A stretch of 64,000 bases of DNA from Minutocellus sp. GHC0000111 (lineage: Eukaryota): NCBI GenBank assembly GCA_977018835.1, contig OZ361258.1, positions 1,302,001-1,366,000 of the forward strand, in the 5' to 3' direction. A model generated the notes under the pieces. It was not told where the DNA came from. It did not search any database and saw only the letters and a list, made by a program, of their open reading frames with translations. The position numbers were made by a program, and so were the translations under genes. Below, piece by piece: positions 33,573 through 47,163 of this stretch; position 1 is the first letter of the stretch; each line of letters opens with the position of its first letter.

Positions 33573-35204
33573 ATGAGCAAAAAAAAACGGCCGCAATCCC
33601 GCGGTCAACACCGCAGACAGAGTTGCGGTGCAGGACGCCCTGGCTGAACTGCTCGTCCGTCTTCGCAGAAAGGAACTTCATTACTACAATTTCATCGGCA
33701 ACAACAACGACTCCTTGATGAATGTGTTGGGATGCAGTCCCATCATGTACGGCGCCGTCATGTACACTGCGGGCATCTTGGGTTTGAAGAAGAAGAAACA
33801 CGAAGACTGCGATGTGTTTTTTTTGAGGACAGACAACCAGAATGGATGGGATGAAATGGTATCAAGACACTGCCTTGCTGACGACGTTCAGCGAACCCCA
33901 TACAAAAAGAGCATATTTGTTCGCCTCGGTTCTATCAATCCTCGTGCAGCCGACGCTCTCCATGATGATGGATGGATGGCTTTCGACATGGTCACGGTCG
34001 AGCAACAATTTCGCCTCGAAATGCCGCCGCCGCGGCTCAATTTGACGAAGGCATGCAATGCATTCCTCAAGTCGGTCGCACCACATATATCGGTGGGATA
34101 TGCGGCGATGGACTACGAAATCAACAGGCAGATGTTGCTCGAGGCCCAGAAGTTCCCTGGTGGGTGTAATGGCCAGGACGATGGGTGGGACAATGACGAC
34201 GATGTTGGGACGGTGGGCACCCTGACCACGACGGAGGCCGGCGAGATCAGTGAGGACGATGACGACGAAGACGAGGACTATGTGCCCTGTTATGAGGACG
34301 AAGCTGATATTGCAAGAGAGGACGCTACACATGAAGCATGCATGCAGCAGTGCTTTTTGAGAAGAATCGTCAGAAGCACGGTGATGGCGAGCCAGAGATG
34401 GGAGCTGTCGATGATGCCGAGGATGACGATGCCCCTCACTTCCATTTCCTGAAAAAGGCCGGCATTGAGGCGGCCGACTCAGGTAAAATAAGGGCAGTGC
34501 TGGCAGAATGCTGGTGGAGAGCTTTATCTATTAATATTTCTGATGGCAACAACAAGAAGAAACCAAGGACAATAGAGTTCATCCACCATAACACCTCCAC
34601 CAAAGGAACTCTCCTAGAGCACAATCGCGAGGAAGATGGCATGACGGATGACGACATCAAAGAGCTCTGCAAAGCTTGCTCTAATTTGCTCCACACTCTT
34701 GACGCAATGTATTCCAGGTTTCTGAAATGGCACATGAAATGGGATGATGAGGCAAAGAAGGCTGTGAGAGAGCTTGAAGCATTGATTGCAAGTGCCCTCA
34801 AGCAAGCACGGGCAATCGGTGTTAGCATGACGCCCAAGTGGCACTTACTCGAAGATCACATCTTGGACCAACACATTTGGCTAGTGAAGAATGGATGGGG
34901 CGGCATCTATTGGCTCGACGAATCGTTTGTAGAGCGAGCCCACCAAGAGGGCGTTAAGGAAGATCGTCGGACTCAGGGCGTCAAGGGATATGAGGCCCAA
35001 CAGACGGCGCAGTTCAAGGCTGAGGAGAGGGCATCCAATCCAAAGGTCGAGGAGAGGCGGGAGCGAAACTCTCGGGTGGCAAGAACAAGGAAAAGGACAA
35101 GGACCGAAGCTGTTAAAGCAGAAACTGATGACAAGCGCCAACAAATGATCATGATGGCCACCGATGGAGATGAGGATGTAGAGATGGGAGCAGGGCATGT
35201 GTAA
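33573..35204 (+). mobile_element. Internally deleted, frameshifted transposase-like gene (Transib/RAG1/Chapaev-like C-terminus)
   Basis: MTPKWHLLEDH..GGIYWLDESFVERAHQEG resembles the K-x-H-x4-H...E-x3-E-x2-H C-terminal motif. Frameshifts at A9 (~33580) and ~34345. TIRs not identified. Confidence 0.5.
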
Positions 35205-36923
35205 AATTAGAAAATGAAATTACACTACTGCTACACAATAACAAATGAATTGCATGATCCAACTTTTACAAAAACAGCATCGCGATTGAGCAAAAAAGTA
35301 AATAGTACACCCAAACAAACACATCACGTCCTTCTTAACTCACCCATTTATCTCCCAGACCAAAAAGTCCCTTTGTCGGGTTGATTGTTGCATAAACTTA
35401 TCCCAATGCTATCTGTCTCTCCTCGGGCGCAAAATTATTGTCGGAATTCCGGGAGGTCGAGTGGGGATGCGATCGGTCGGGATCAGCGAGAGTCGGTCAT
35501 GCGGGGGGTGCGGCGCCAATCCCGGCAGTTTATCATCAACAACAACGTGGGAAAGTACCAGAGGGTCTGGGGCATCACAACGGGAGCACGACGAGCACAA
35601 AGACGGAGCAATGGTGCCACCCCAGAGAAACGAACGGCCGACAGATGGAGGAAAAGCAGGCCGATGGTTCGTGGCGTTGATGCGCAGCGGAGGCCAATCT
35701 GAGGATACAGTAAGCTTCAACTATATCCAAACATGATAATGAATGCGTATTTGGTACGAAAATATAGTTATACGCCGGCGCAACGCCGACGGACCACCAT
35801 GGTGTTGGACGGTCAAAGAATGGGTGACGAACGAGATTGGGTTTTGGTGGGTTTCTTCGTGACGTGTTCGTCTTCTGCCGAAAAACGCTTCATCCGACCG
35901 GCGAAACAAGACGAGATGGGGCTGTGACTCGACACGATTATATTGACGTCCGTCCTTCGTGAGGAGAGACATTTCTGAGGCAGTTTCCTCATTCGAACAT
36001 GACGCGACGAAACGGCAGAAACATTACGAAAATCGGATGCACAATCTCTGTAAGTTGCAGACACAAAATGCAAAGCAAGCGAGCGATCGAAGGACAGGAG
36101 CCGACTGTGCTTGCTGCTTACGCTTGCATGCATAAGTTTATGTGTCGGCCCTGTTGACAACCTTTTGCTACATGTAGCACCTGCCTGCCAGCACCTGAGA
36201 CCCCCTCGCCAGGCAGCACATGTGGTGACACATGCAATAACAACACCAAGAAGACACTCCAACATGACACACAACATTTTCGAAATCAGCAAACTGCAAG
36301 AAGACATGATCGACGAGAAGGAGGCCGAGCGGCGGCATCGGCAACAACTTGCGGCAGAGATGCTGCAGAGGAGGGACAACAACCGAACGCGGCCACGACG
36401 AACAACGAAGCAAATTGCGACTCTAACACGAGCACCACGGAAGAAGATCCGATTCGGCTAGCACGACCATGGCCAGCACGAGCAGGAGTGGGGGTGCCGG
36501 ACGCACGGCTGCGGACACGCCGTCTTCGTCGTTGTCCCTGCCGTCGGCCAATCGATTGAGCGTGCCGAGGAGGAGGAAGAAGAAGAGGATGATGTTCGGT
36601 CGGTCGGTGGTCTCTCGCCTCTCTCTCTCCCTGCTCTGTCAGTGCGGGCTGGGTTGCCTGCCCCAGGCTTCCATGATCGAGCCGAATGGCACCAGGCTAA
36701 GGAAATGACGATTCCTATGCATGAGTTCCATCTTGAAATGCGATTTGAAATAGCAGTTTTCCGGGATGCCCAGCCAAAACGACAAACGTCTACGTAGAAA
36801 ATCGTCATGCTGCACAGAACAATGTACACGTAGACACATAGGCGAATTTCGTCCGTCCGTCGTCCACCGCAGAACATTCATCTTGATCTTCCCATCGCAC
36901 CGCCATCGTCTCATTTTGAGTGG

Positions 36924-39797
36924 ATGGAGGAGGCGATGGGAGACTACCAGGGGAGCGCCGTTGGCTCTGACGAAAGGCTCCGAAATGCCCGATCACCCAT
37001 GAGCTCTCCCGAAGACAATGGCGGTGAAAATGATTGTTCGTTGTCGAATTCAGAAAACGAAACGCAAGACCAGAAGCAGCCGCACCCAATGGACGCCCAG
37101 GGCCTGGCGCTGCTGCAGACCATCTTCGGTCCCGATGCATCTCGGGAGGAGCTGGAGCAGATACACCAGACCAGGTTGGTGTCGCTCAATGAAAGCTTTG
37201 CTGCCGAGGCCGAGGCTGCTGGTAGTACCGCTGCTGCTGGTCCGGATGATGGCATTGCCTTGGCTAGAGACCAAGATGCAGGAAGGTTGCGGCGTGAAAG
37301 CGATGCGGATTCTCTGAATGCGGGCAATGCACCGTCAAACCGGCGCAGAATTCGACAACGGCGGCGGAAAAGAGGGATGGACGTGGCTCTGCCGGACGAT
37401 TTCTTGACCATACCACCATCGACCATGGTCCTGCTCGAAGATGGAGAATGGCAATGCACATCCGAGTTGGAGGCCATGGTTCACTCCTCGCTGAGGATAC
37501 AGCCCAGTGAGTTTAGCCGAGAGGGAGAGTTTTATACGGCAGTTCTGGAACGCAATACAGGTAGGGCCAAGCAAAACAAAACGAATAATGTGTCAGGGGG
37601 TAGTCTGGGGATGACTCTGAGACAGTATGAGGGGGTGGTGTGCGTCCATGCTTTGTCGTCTTCCAAAACTTTGACCGACAACGTGGTATGGTCGGGACCA
37701 GCATATGACGCGGGGATACGCGTTGGAGATGAGATATTGGGGGTCAATGGGGTGGCTGTTCCAGACAGCGGGGAAGATGCTGAGGGAACTCTCCCATTTG
37801 TGGTGGAAATGCTCCGCACCACGCCGGATCCGGTGGTGATTCATTTGCGTAGAGGAGACGGTCATGAATTCAACATTGTCCAAGAGAATAGCAACGTTTC
37901 CATTGACGCAGCAGCTAATGGAGACGTTGCTACTCCCAGTGTCCTATTCGGTGAGAAGAATGGCACTTCACAGCAGGTCCAGGCGATCCATCCATTGGCT
38001 GTGCTCTTGAGGGAGAGGGGAATATTGAAGACCATCGGAGAAGAACAGAGCGTCACGAAGCAAATTGATGAGTACACCGAGCGAACAAGGCAATGGGAAG
38101 CCACTTCGACTCTGTGCGTCGACGACATTTTCAATCTCCGCGAAAATAGACATACACCAGGCATGAATAAGAGCGCCCGTACTAATACTGGGGCCTGCAC
38201 GCCGTCGACGCCGGTTCGAAGGCCGAGAAGGTCGACATCCGCGCCAGGATTTACAAGCCCTGCGTTTGTATCTCCGTCTGCCAGCGTCAAACATAACGGG
38301 ACAATGCGTCATGAAACGCCTGTTCAGACCATTCGAAATCAAGTTGCTGGTTATCCTGGTAACGCATTGTCTTTCTCCGGAACTCCAGCAAATACATCGA
38401 AAGCAAAAGCAAGATATCTGGCGATGGGAGCTGTCCGTAAGGGTTTGTGCGTTCGCATACTGAACACATTTTCAGATGGGAACGACACCGCTTATACGAT
38501 TTGGGTGTATGATTGCGAGGCAGAAATTGAATTTTATGCCCCCGTGCGCTATTTTGATGACTTTCTAGATCTCCGCGCTGCTTCCATCCGTCTATTGAAG
38601 ACTACTGAAGAATTTCCTTTTCCTCAAAAGAATTGGTTACCGATATCGGAGTCGGATGTCGTTAAGGAAACGAAACGAAAACAGCTTGAACAGTTTTTGC
38701 GATCACTGTGTGCGGTCACATACAAGTGCCCACTACACCCCAACATGGTGGAGCTTGCGATCCATGTACAGTCGTTTCTTGGCTGTGACGCAAGCGCTGG
38801 GACCACTGAAAACAGTTTGATTCTCAATCACCAAACCATATCAAACAACAGCTTGTATAGTGCCGATGGAGTAGACGACGGCCACGCAGACACCGAAAGA
38901 CTGACGCGGTCACAGCTGAAGGCTTCCATCCAGCGATATGTCTATCGCATCTTTCTCCTTCCTTGCACTGAGCAGGTTGCAGCTCAATTTGTTAACTCAG
39001 TCCAAAGCGAAGTCCCAACGTTGGACGAAATGCGTGAGCTGGAGAGACGTAGTCTGGAATTGCTGAAAGAGCGTGCGACCAAGGCATTGGCTAAAACGCA
39101 ACATTTCATTGACTCCTTACAGGATCTTGTCTTTGAAGGGTGCAAGGAAGATATGTTATCAATAGCCGACCACGACGACTATTCCTCGTTGCGAAATAGG
39201 ATTGACAGCAAGACCGGAGAGTTATACTGCGAAGAGTTGTTTCGCCAGGCAATCAGAGAGCACGTTGAGATTGAGAAATACGTTCCGCTCAGGAAAGCTA
39301 TTTCGACTGTCCTTGTGAATGCTTGGCGCCACGACGACATGTCGCTCAAACATAAAATGAATTCGCTGCAGGCAAGGCCGCAAAATTACTTCGACTTGCA
39401 TCAACAGAGTGTAAGCGGCTGGGCAAGTGTGATTCACATACTCAAAGAGGGTGTGGGCCGAAGTAGCTTGCCGTGCAAAAAAATGCGTGCAATAGTTGAT
39501 GCAGCCAAAGAGATATATCGCCTCCACGAAGAAGAACGCCAAGCAAATCTGTCTCAACAAGAAGGTGGTAGTAAGCCACTCGAGGAATCGATGGAAAAGC
39601 TTGGTGCGGATGACTTTCTCCCCATTTTTGTGTTTTGTATCATCATGACCGACCTGGAGAGACCTTGCGCTCTTTGTGCTTTGTTAGAGGAACTATGCGA
39701 CAAGCGAGCAAAAATCAGTGAAGTCGGATATTACTTGTCGAGCTTTCAGGCAGCAGTGACCTACATTCAGGAGATGTCTTTGACGGATAAAATCTAA
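36924..39797 (+). CDS. PDZ + PX + VPS9 domain protein (Rab5-type GEF)
   Basis: SLGMTL..GPAYDAGIRVGDEILGVNG (PDZ); YTIWVYD..RYFDDFLDLR..FPFPQK (PX); LGADDFLPIFVFCI..EVGYYLSSFQAAVTYI (VPS9). Confidence 0.9.
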   Translation: MEEAMGDYQGSAVGSDERLRNARSPMSSPEDNGGENDCSLSNSENETQDQKQPHPMDAQGLALLQTIFGPDASREELEQIHQTRLVSLNESFAAEAEAAGSTAAAGPDDGIALARDQDAGRLRRESDADSLNAGNAPSNRRRIRQRRRKRGMDVALPDDFLTIPPSTMVLLEDGEWQCTSELEAMVHSSLRIQPSEFSREGEFYTAVLERNTGRAKQNKTNNVSGGSLGMTLRQYEGVVCVHALSSSKTLTDNVVWSGPAYDAGIRVGDEILGVNGVAVPDSGEDAEGTLPFVVEMLRTTPDPVVIHLRRGDGHEFNIVQENSNVSIDAAANGDVATPSVLFGEKNGTSQQVQAIHPLAVLLRERGILKTIGEEQSVTKQIDEYTERTRQWEATSTLCVDDIFNLRENRHTPGMNKSARTNTGACTPSTPVRRPRRSTSAPGFTSPAFVSPSASVKHNGTMRHETPVQTIRNQVAGYPGNALSFSGTPANTSKAKARYLAMGAVRKGLCVRILNTFSDGNDTAYTIWVYDCEAEIEFYAPVRYFDDFLDLRAASIRLLKTTEEFPFPQKNWLPISESDVVKETKRKQLEQFLRSLCAVTYKCPLHPNMVELAIHVQSFLGCDASAGTTENSLILNHQTISNNSLYSADGVDDGHADTERLTRSQLKASIQRYVYRIFLLPCTEQVAAQFVNSVQSEVPTLDEMRELERRSLELLKERATKALAKTQHFIDSLQDLVFEGCKEDMLSIADHDDYSSLRNRIDSKTGELYCEELFRQAIREHVEIEKYVPLRKAISTVLVNAWRHDDMSLKHKMNSLQARPQNYFDLHQQSVSGWASVIHILKEGVGRSSLPCKKMRAIVDAAKEIYRLHEEERQANLSQQEGGSKPLEESMEKLGADDFLPIFVFCIIMTDLERPCALCALLEELCDKRAKISEVGYYLSSFQAAVTYIQEMSLTDKI

Positions 39798-39829
39798 TTT
39801 TAATACACCTGTAGTACATTCACTACCTA

Positions 39830-41949
39830 CTAGAGAGTTGTCGAGCTACGCAACCCACTCACCGGGCTTCCGGGCTCGAATTGCTGCTGCCTTTCTTTTC
39901 GCTTTATTTGGATCGACAATTCGCTCAAAAGCTTGTTCACATCTTCCTCATTCTCATTCGTATCTTCTCGAAGATAGGGGAAGGATCTGTGCAGTATTTC
40001 CAACACAATTTTCTGAGCCTTGCGATTTCGAAGATTGTAGTTTCGTTCTCTCAAAACTTTCATCAACGTATAGACGAGGAGTTCCTCATATTCGTCCATC
40101 GGCACGATATCCTCGTGAAAGGCACCGGCATCATCCTCGTAGTCTTCCGCTTTGTTCTTTTGGGGCGCATCTTCTTCTTTTTGGCGTCGCTGTATCAAAA
40201 AGCTTAATGCAATTACCACTTCCACGGCCATTACAATTGCAAAGCCAAAATAAAGCACGCGGTACGATGTTCGAAACAGTAACGTTGAGGCGGCAATTGG
40301 GGCTATGGTTTGTGCCAGGGAAGTAGCGAAATTTGGCATTGCCGTTGCCCGAGCCGTGTATGCATGTGGAACAATGAGGGTCACATAAGTGAATATAGAG
40401 GGCTGCACCTGAGAGCTACCGAGGCAGAACACACTAAATGCAAGGACCATAAAAGGGATTGAATTGGTAACCAAGAGAATAACGAAGCATCCCAACGTCA
40501 GAATGCTTCCCAAGACCATGGTTTCGACCAATCCGACTTTTGATTGGATCCGATCAAACAAAACAAATAACCCGAGAGACTTGAAGGCAGAGGCAATCCC
40601 AATTACGATGCCCGTGTAAGTCACTGCATCCTCCACACCCTCGAGACCAAAATCTGGATCTTGCAATACAAGAGGTAGGGTCGTAATAAAGCCCGACATT
40701 CCCATAGTTCGAAAGAATTCGACAAACAAACACATATAACATCTCACGTCTCTGTGAGGGCCGCGATATTCTTGAGTCCTGGCCTTTGAGACGAGTGGTG
40801 ATAGTTCCGACTGAAGACCCATGGAGTGACTTGCATACGTTGTTCTCCGATCATAGGTCATTCGACCCGTCTTGCGCTCAGGCTGAGCAGCCTCCAATCG
40901 ACGAATTTCTTCTCGTTCTGCCTTGGAGATGATATCCCTACTCTCTGGCAGGAACGAAAACATGACCGGAATGAATCCGGCCACAACAACCAATGCAAAA
41001 ACCAAAGGCGCTCGGTAGGATCCAGTTGCTTTGGAGAGATAGGCACCCATTGCTGGCCCTAGCGTGAAACATACTGAAGCGCATGCAGGCACCATACCGA
41101 TGAATCTAGGCCGTTGGGCTGGGCTGTAAATATCGGAAATGTACGCAACGGCAACTGGCTGGGTCCCACCGAACAAGCCACCCAAAAACAGACCCAATAG
41201 TAGCACCTCAAAGGTGCTCGCCGAAGCCTCGGTAACATAGGCAACGAACGACCCAATCAGTGTTCCCAGTATGATTCGTCGTCGACCAATACTGTCGGAT
41301 CGAATTGGTATCCACAAATTCGACAGAAAGTTGCTGAACGCCCCAACACTAAAGACCAGACCCGTCATGGACTGTGGCACGCCAAACGAACTGGCAAAGG
41401 GCACCAGTATGGGCAAACTTATGGATATGCCGATGAATTCCGTCGCCACGGCAATGAGAACCAAGAGCGTCGCCGCCTCCTTCCGATAGGTCATGGGCAG
41501 CCGCGATGCCGGTGAGTTGCGCTTGGCCGAAAATCGAGGAAAGGTCGTTGTGGACTTATTGCGGCGTTTCTTCCGGCTTGTGTCGGTGGTGGAGGCACTA
41601 CATCTCTCCAAAAGATGATGGAATTGCGATTCCCCACTGGGGTTGGACGTTCGTCATTGCGGGGTATCTGTTGCTGAGTTCCATCGGCATGGTCAAGCTC
41701 AGACGATAAATTCGAGTCGAAGAACATGCTGCTTTCAGCATCGTCGCCTGCATTTGCATCTCCTTCGTCGTGCTGACCATCTTGCTCATCATCGATGAGA
41801 AAGGTCGCTGAGAGACGTCGGGCCAAATTGTGCACAAGGTCCAAGGAGGCGAAGCGCACGTGCTTGGGAGAGGCTTCTGGTGCCGACGCCGACGCCGCCT
41901 CTGCTGCAGCGACAGCTACTTGGGGGTACCCGTCTGCTGGTTCGGCCAT
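39830..41949 (-). CDS. Major facilitator superfamily transporter (TetA/DHA1-like); probable frameshift in the T-run at ~41610
   Basis: SDSIGRRRI (motif A), GLFGGTQPVAVAYISD, LGPAMG, about 12 hydrophobic segments. Confidence 0.88.
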
Positions 41950-42204
41950 GGTCGGCGTGCACTGCCTGCCTGATGCTGATGGCATGTGCTGATGATGTGC
42001 TGATGCACAGTCACGCCGTCACGCCACAGCCGGGAGAATGAGCAATGAACTCCGGGTTCTTTGCTTTGGCGGGCACGCCACATTGGCGGCGCACTGACGA
42101 CTGACTCGAGTAGGTACGGTAGTAGGTCCTGCTCACCGGTTGCCGCTAAGACCTTGACTTCGTCAGGAACTACTGAAGGTTCCAAATTGTTCCAAAAGAG
42201 CACC

Positions 42205-43245
42205 ATGGCATTAGCTCTGTGTTTCCTCTTCATTTGCAGCACATCCGTATCAGCGTTTTATTCGTCTCCCGACCAGCAAAATGTAGCCCCACCAACGGTT
42301 CCGGCATCGGCAGTTGCACCGGCACAAAGCAACAAGTGCAGTCTCTTCCAGCGCTTGCCGAGGACAATGGAACTTCAGGCAACGCCATTAGAGCCGTCCG
42401 TGTCGTCAATATCTTGCACTCCATCACGCATAAACCTCGATGACGCGACTATATCATATCCGGAAACGCTCATGGGCAAACTGTTTTCCTCGGTGCCAAA
42501 ACGCACATACGCGGTCGATCACATATCAACTTCGTTTGGCATCGCTGGTGATGGTATTCAATCAAACACACCCGCAATACTGGTCGGTCGGAGTGCGAGT
42601 GGCAAATCAAGTCTTCTTCGTCTCATAAGTGGTGAGGATGTGCCGACGTCTGGTACAGTTGCCATTGAGGGATTGGCCAAGCCCATTATTATCGATCGGA
42701 AGCCACCCTTGAACTCCAAGTCAGTGCTAGATGGCATCGTTGCGTCGGCAATGCAGAGGAAGGAGGGGGAGGCTGGACAAAAAGATACATCTAAACATTA
42801 TGGTATATTGAAACAAATGACAATGGATTTTGGCACAAATTTGGGGCTGACATCTCAACAGCTCCAGTCCAAGCCATCAAGTCTGAGCCCGTCGGGATTA
42901 TTTCTTTTTGCCATGGCACGTGGATGCCTTAACAGTATGATGCCTGCTGTTGATGATATTGATTTTCAAGGAATCGATGCAGATAGTTCTACTTACATTT
43001 TCCAAGGCCCAATCCTGCTCCTTGATGAATTGTTCGATTTCGAGCATCCGGACGTTCCTGCGAAATGCTGTCCAGGTATTGATTCCCTGGTTAAAAATAT
43101 GGGCGCTGTGATAATTTTTGCAACTCATAAGCCGCACCATTGGGAAATGCTGGAAAGTCGACGAGTCGTGGCACTTTCTAGTGGGCGGATACTGGCCGAA
43201 GAAATGCTGGGGAAAGGGAAGTCAAACACAATGGTTTACAAGTGA
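42205..43245 (+). CDS. Stand-alone ABC-type ATPase, probably plastid-targeted
   Basis: Walker A GRSASGKS, degenerate signature LSPSG, Walker B ILLLDE, H-loop ATH; signal peptide followed by VSA-FY. Confidence 0.8.
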   Translation: MALALCFLFICSTSVSAFYSSPDQQNVAPPTVPASAVAPAQSNKCSLFQRLPRTMELQATPLEPSVSSISCTPSRINLDDATISYPETLMGKLFSSVPKRTYAVDHISTSFGIAGDGIQSNTPAILVGRSASGKSSLLRLISGEDVPTSGTVAIEGLAKPIIIDRKPPLNSKSVLDGIVASAMQRKEGEAGQKDTSKHYGILKQMTMDFGTNLGLTSQQLQSKPSSLSPSGLFLFAMARGCLNSMMPAVDDIDFQGIDADSSTYIFQGPILLLDELFDFEHPDVPAKCCPGIDSLVKNMGAVIIFATHKPHHWEMLESRRVVALSSGRILAEEMLGKGKSNTMVYK

Positions 43246-43270
43246 TGTGATGAGTTGTTATCAATTTATA

Positions 43271-46200
43271 CTACGAGATCACGCGACGGAAGGTAATGGT
43301 CTTCTTTTTGTTCTTCCTTCTGCCTCCTGCCTTTTTCTTGAGAAGGGATATGATGCTGGCATACGGATAATCCTTCGAGCTAACGTCAACTCCATCAATC
43401 GCGACAACAATGTCGCCAATACTGATAACGCCCAGCTCAAAGGCTTGACTTTTGCCAGATTTGGAAAAATCAGCAACGCAGCAGCCGCATTCCTTTCTAT
43501 TTCCCTTGGAGGTGCCTGTAGCTGTGACGGGATCGAGTACCATGCCGAGAGGCTTGGAAAAGTTAAACTCAACAGAATAAATTTCTTCGGCATCGTCGTC
43601 GGAGTCTTCGATATCTGATAAAGGGCGGCGGAACTTGATTAGTCTGCTCGCAGGTACCTTATCCTGGTTCGCCGTCGGTCTCTTTAGCATGGCAATAGTG
43701 TTGGCATACTCGGAGCCTTCCACGCTTTGTCCATCGATTTCAACAATAATGTCACCAGGTTGGATTTTCCTCGAGTCTCGAGCTTGATTCACCTTGCTCG
43801 CAGAAAAATTGAGCACGTGGCAACCCATTGTTTCTGTGATTGGCTCGAGAATCATGCCGAGGGGCTTTGAAGAGTTGAACTCTACGGTGTACGCTTCCTC
43901 TTCATCTTCTACGGACGATTGGTCATCGGCAGAGGAACGGCGGAACTTGATACTTCGGCCAATGGGTTCCCCATTTGAGCTCATCCTTGGCTTCTTTAAC
44001 AAAGCAATGCTTTGGGAGTACTTGCAGCCGTCTACGTTCTGCCCATCGATCTCGACGATGATATCACCGGGCTTTATTTTTCCTGAATCACGAGCTTGAT
44101 TGATCTTGCTCGCAGAAAACCCGAGCACATGGCATCCCATCTGCAGCACTGACTTTCCCTCCTGAACAAGTGTGATGGGTTCAAGCTTCATTCCCAGTGG
44201 GCCGGGAGCAAAGTGGACTTCAAAGGTCGATTCTGACGAATCATCTGGCTCTGTGATCTTTGGAGCCGATTTCGGTTTGGATCTCGCTACTGCGGCGACG
44301 ACGAATAAGGACGCGTGCACAAATCTTGCCATCGAGCCACTAACCGTATCCTCTTTCTGCTGCTGCTTCTCTACTATTGCCTCTGCCTCATTCTCGCTCG
44401 GAGCCTTTGTTGTTAATGAAGTTATAAGATAGAACAACGCCATTGGTTAGTTGGTGCGAATGAATCAGATGGAATGACAATGTCTCTGTCATAAAGACGA
44501 AATAAGATATATCATTGACTCACCTTGGCGAGGTCCTGCTTGGGTTCCTCTCTTAGTTGCACCTCGATCTCAAGGATCTCGGCATCGCCATATTTCTCGG
44601 CAGTGACGCGTTCCATTTCCAACCTATCAGCCTCTGTCTTCGCGGCAGCCACGGGCTCCATTTCAAGCCTCTTGGCTTCTGCCTCCTCGGCGGCGACGCG
44701 TTCCATTTCAAGCCTGTCAGCCTCTGCCTTCGCGGCAGCCACGCGCTCCATTTCAAGCCTCTTAGCTTCGGCTTCCTCGGCGGCGACGCGCTCCATTTCA
44801 AGCCTATCGGCTTCTGCCTTTTCGGCAGCGATGCGCTCCATTTCACGTTTTCCAGCTGCAGCCCTCTCGGCAGCGATGCGCTCCATTTCACGTTTTTCAG
44901 CTGCAGCCCTTTCCGCATCGAGAAGTTCTATTTCCATACGAATTCTCTCGGCCTCAGCCTTCTCGGCGGCTCTACTTGCAGCAACTGATACCGATTCTTC
45001 TGCTAGGGTGTGAAGGACATCTTTTTTCCGTTGTAGCTCAGTGGTTCTATTTGAGGCTACAGATGCCGAATCCTTAGCAATGGCATGCAACATCTTCTTT
45101 TTCCTTTGTATTTCAGCGTTTCTTCTGGAAGCTACAGACGCAGAATCCTCAGCAAGGGCCTGTAGAGTACTTTTCTTACGGTCGACTTCAAGCTTTGCCT
45201 CAGCTGCCACTTCCGCGGCAACAACTGCCTCCTTTGCCAAGATGTGAAGCGTCTGTCTCTTCTGCTCAAGTTCTTCCTCCTGCACTAGCTCACGTCGTTC
45301 TGCTTGTTCCTCAAGGGCCTTAAAATAAAATATAAAGAGGATTTATTTGGTGGTATGGCGATAGCAATTTGAGAAGAGAGTAAGATATTATTTCATCCAC
45401 AGGCATAAATCATGAAACATTCATCAGCAATGTTATGCGTACCTTGGCTGCTTCCTCGAACTCAGATTCTCTCAGCCGCCGCTCTTTATCTGCTTTCTTT
45501 GCGTCCTCCTCCATTTGTTTCAGCTCATTGAAAATCTGCGAGAGCACTTCCTTCTCATTCTCGATAGCAATGTCCATATCGATCTTGTCTCGGACCTCGT
45601 CTCCTTCGTCGGCCGTTTCTTCGTCATCTGCATCTTGAGACAACAAATGCAAAATACTGTCCTCGTCGATCGAATTGGAGTCCTCGGTCTGTTCAGACTT
45701 CCAATCACGAAGCGTGAGTGACTCGTCCTCGGCGTCTTCAACGTGAGCAATATGCTCCCGGACAACTTCGGGGGTAGCCACAGGCACATACGTGTAGTCG
45801 GCTTCACTCCCATTGCTCTTACATGTCGACTCGTCGGCCTCCTCTTTCGTAAACGACTTGGTGAAGGCTGAATATAGTTGCTGAAAATCATCAAACTGGG
45901 GAATACCACCGGACGCAGAGTCAGAATCACTTTCAAAGGTAATTTCTTTGACGGGTGGTCCATTAAGGATGGGATCAGGCTGAGCCGTGCCGCTGCCAAT
46001 CTTGTTGTCGATGACCAGACTCTGATTGGGATGATCTTCTTTCTTCGACGGAGGGAGTAGATGGCCGACTGACTTTTGAACAAGATGTTTGGCAATGAGC
46101 GACTGGTTCCGGCAGAGACGTGAAACCTCCTCGGCGCCTTCCTCATAGATTGCTCGAACATCGTTTATGGCGCTCTGGAGGAGGACCGGCTCGCGCTGGT

Positions 46201-47163
46201 AGGTGGATTCCATAACACTAACTTCGTCCTTCCCAAGCGGCAGGACCTCGAATGCATCCGTTGGGATATCTTCTTCGTTGTTTGCGGCGTTATCGCTTGA
46301 AGTCATGCGATCGAGAAACTCGGAATGTTCGTAGATCAGCCGGTCCATTTCGGACCTTACCCTTGACACTCCGTGGGTTGCCTCTTCGATCGATTTGCCA
46401 ACATTGTCGACGGCATCAAAAAAGCAGAAGCCAGCATTCTTCGTTGGTGCCGCGTTGGTGGACGTAGTACATGTACTCACGACAGTGGCTTCATCAGGTG
46501 CCTTCTTGCCTCCCCGGGCTAACTTCTTTTTTGCCAGTGATTTCTTCCAGCAGTCTTTTTCTTGGACGCGGTTGTCCTCTTGGTGCTTGATTTGCTGGAT
46601 GGGGCGGGACTTGGGGATACCTCTGGCAGGGCTGCGACGGGAGGACTTTTCGCCGCATCCGTTGTCGACTTGTGAATGTCGGCCGCACTTTTCGTCGTGT
46701 CGATACCAAAGATGAGTAGGTCTAGTTTCTGACCAAGGCTCATGTCTTCCTGTTGACTGATGGCAGCGACGCTGCGGTCGGGAGATTGAGCCTCGCTGGG
46801 CGCCAAAGTAGCCACTGTTTTCGTCTCGTCGAAATCTCGAGTTTCCTCTTCGGTAGGCTATCTTGCTGTACTGTCGTCGGCCTTCGTTTCTTCAGTGACA
46901 GCACCTTTCTTCTTGGAGGAGCGCGACTTCTTGAGCGATCTGGATTTCTTGAGGGATAGCTTTTTGCCGAACCGGCTCGTGGTGCGTGGCGTCTTGGTAG
47001 AAGCAGCATCGGTAAGTTCCACGTCCGTTAGCTGCGTTGTGGCGGATCCACCCATCTTTTGCTGCAGCCGATTGATCTCATTGGCCAGCCGTTTGATCTC
47101 GGCCGCATCTTCCGCGGTGAAGCTCGTGTCCTGCTGGGACCGCGACGAAGCCGTCGCCACCAT
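43271..47163 (-). CDS. Large coiled-coil protein with three C-terminal PDZ domains; introns 45319-45442 and 44405-44523; exon 1 has an in-frame TAG (46858-46860) and a frameshift (~46547)
   Basis: GT-AG introns join the ORFs in frame (AAK|ALEEQ, LAK|APSEN); 15-aa repeats AEA(D/K)RLEMERVAA; three PLGM(K/I/V)L(E/D)P..GDI(I/V)V(E/A)IDG modules. Confidence 0.8.

Noticed and set aside
33000..35420. Terminal inverted repeats around the transposase-like ORFs
   Set aside because: No convincing inverted match found by eye.
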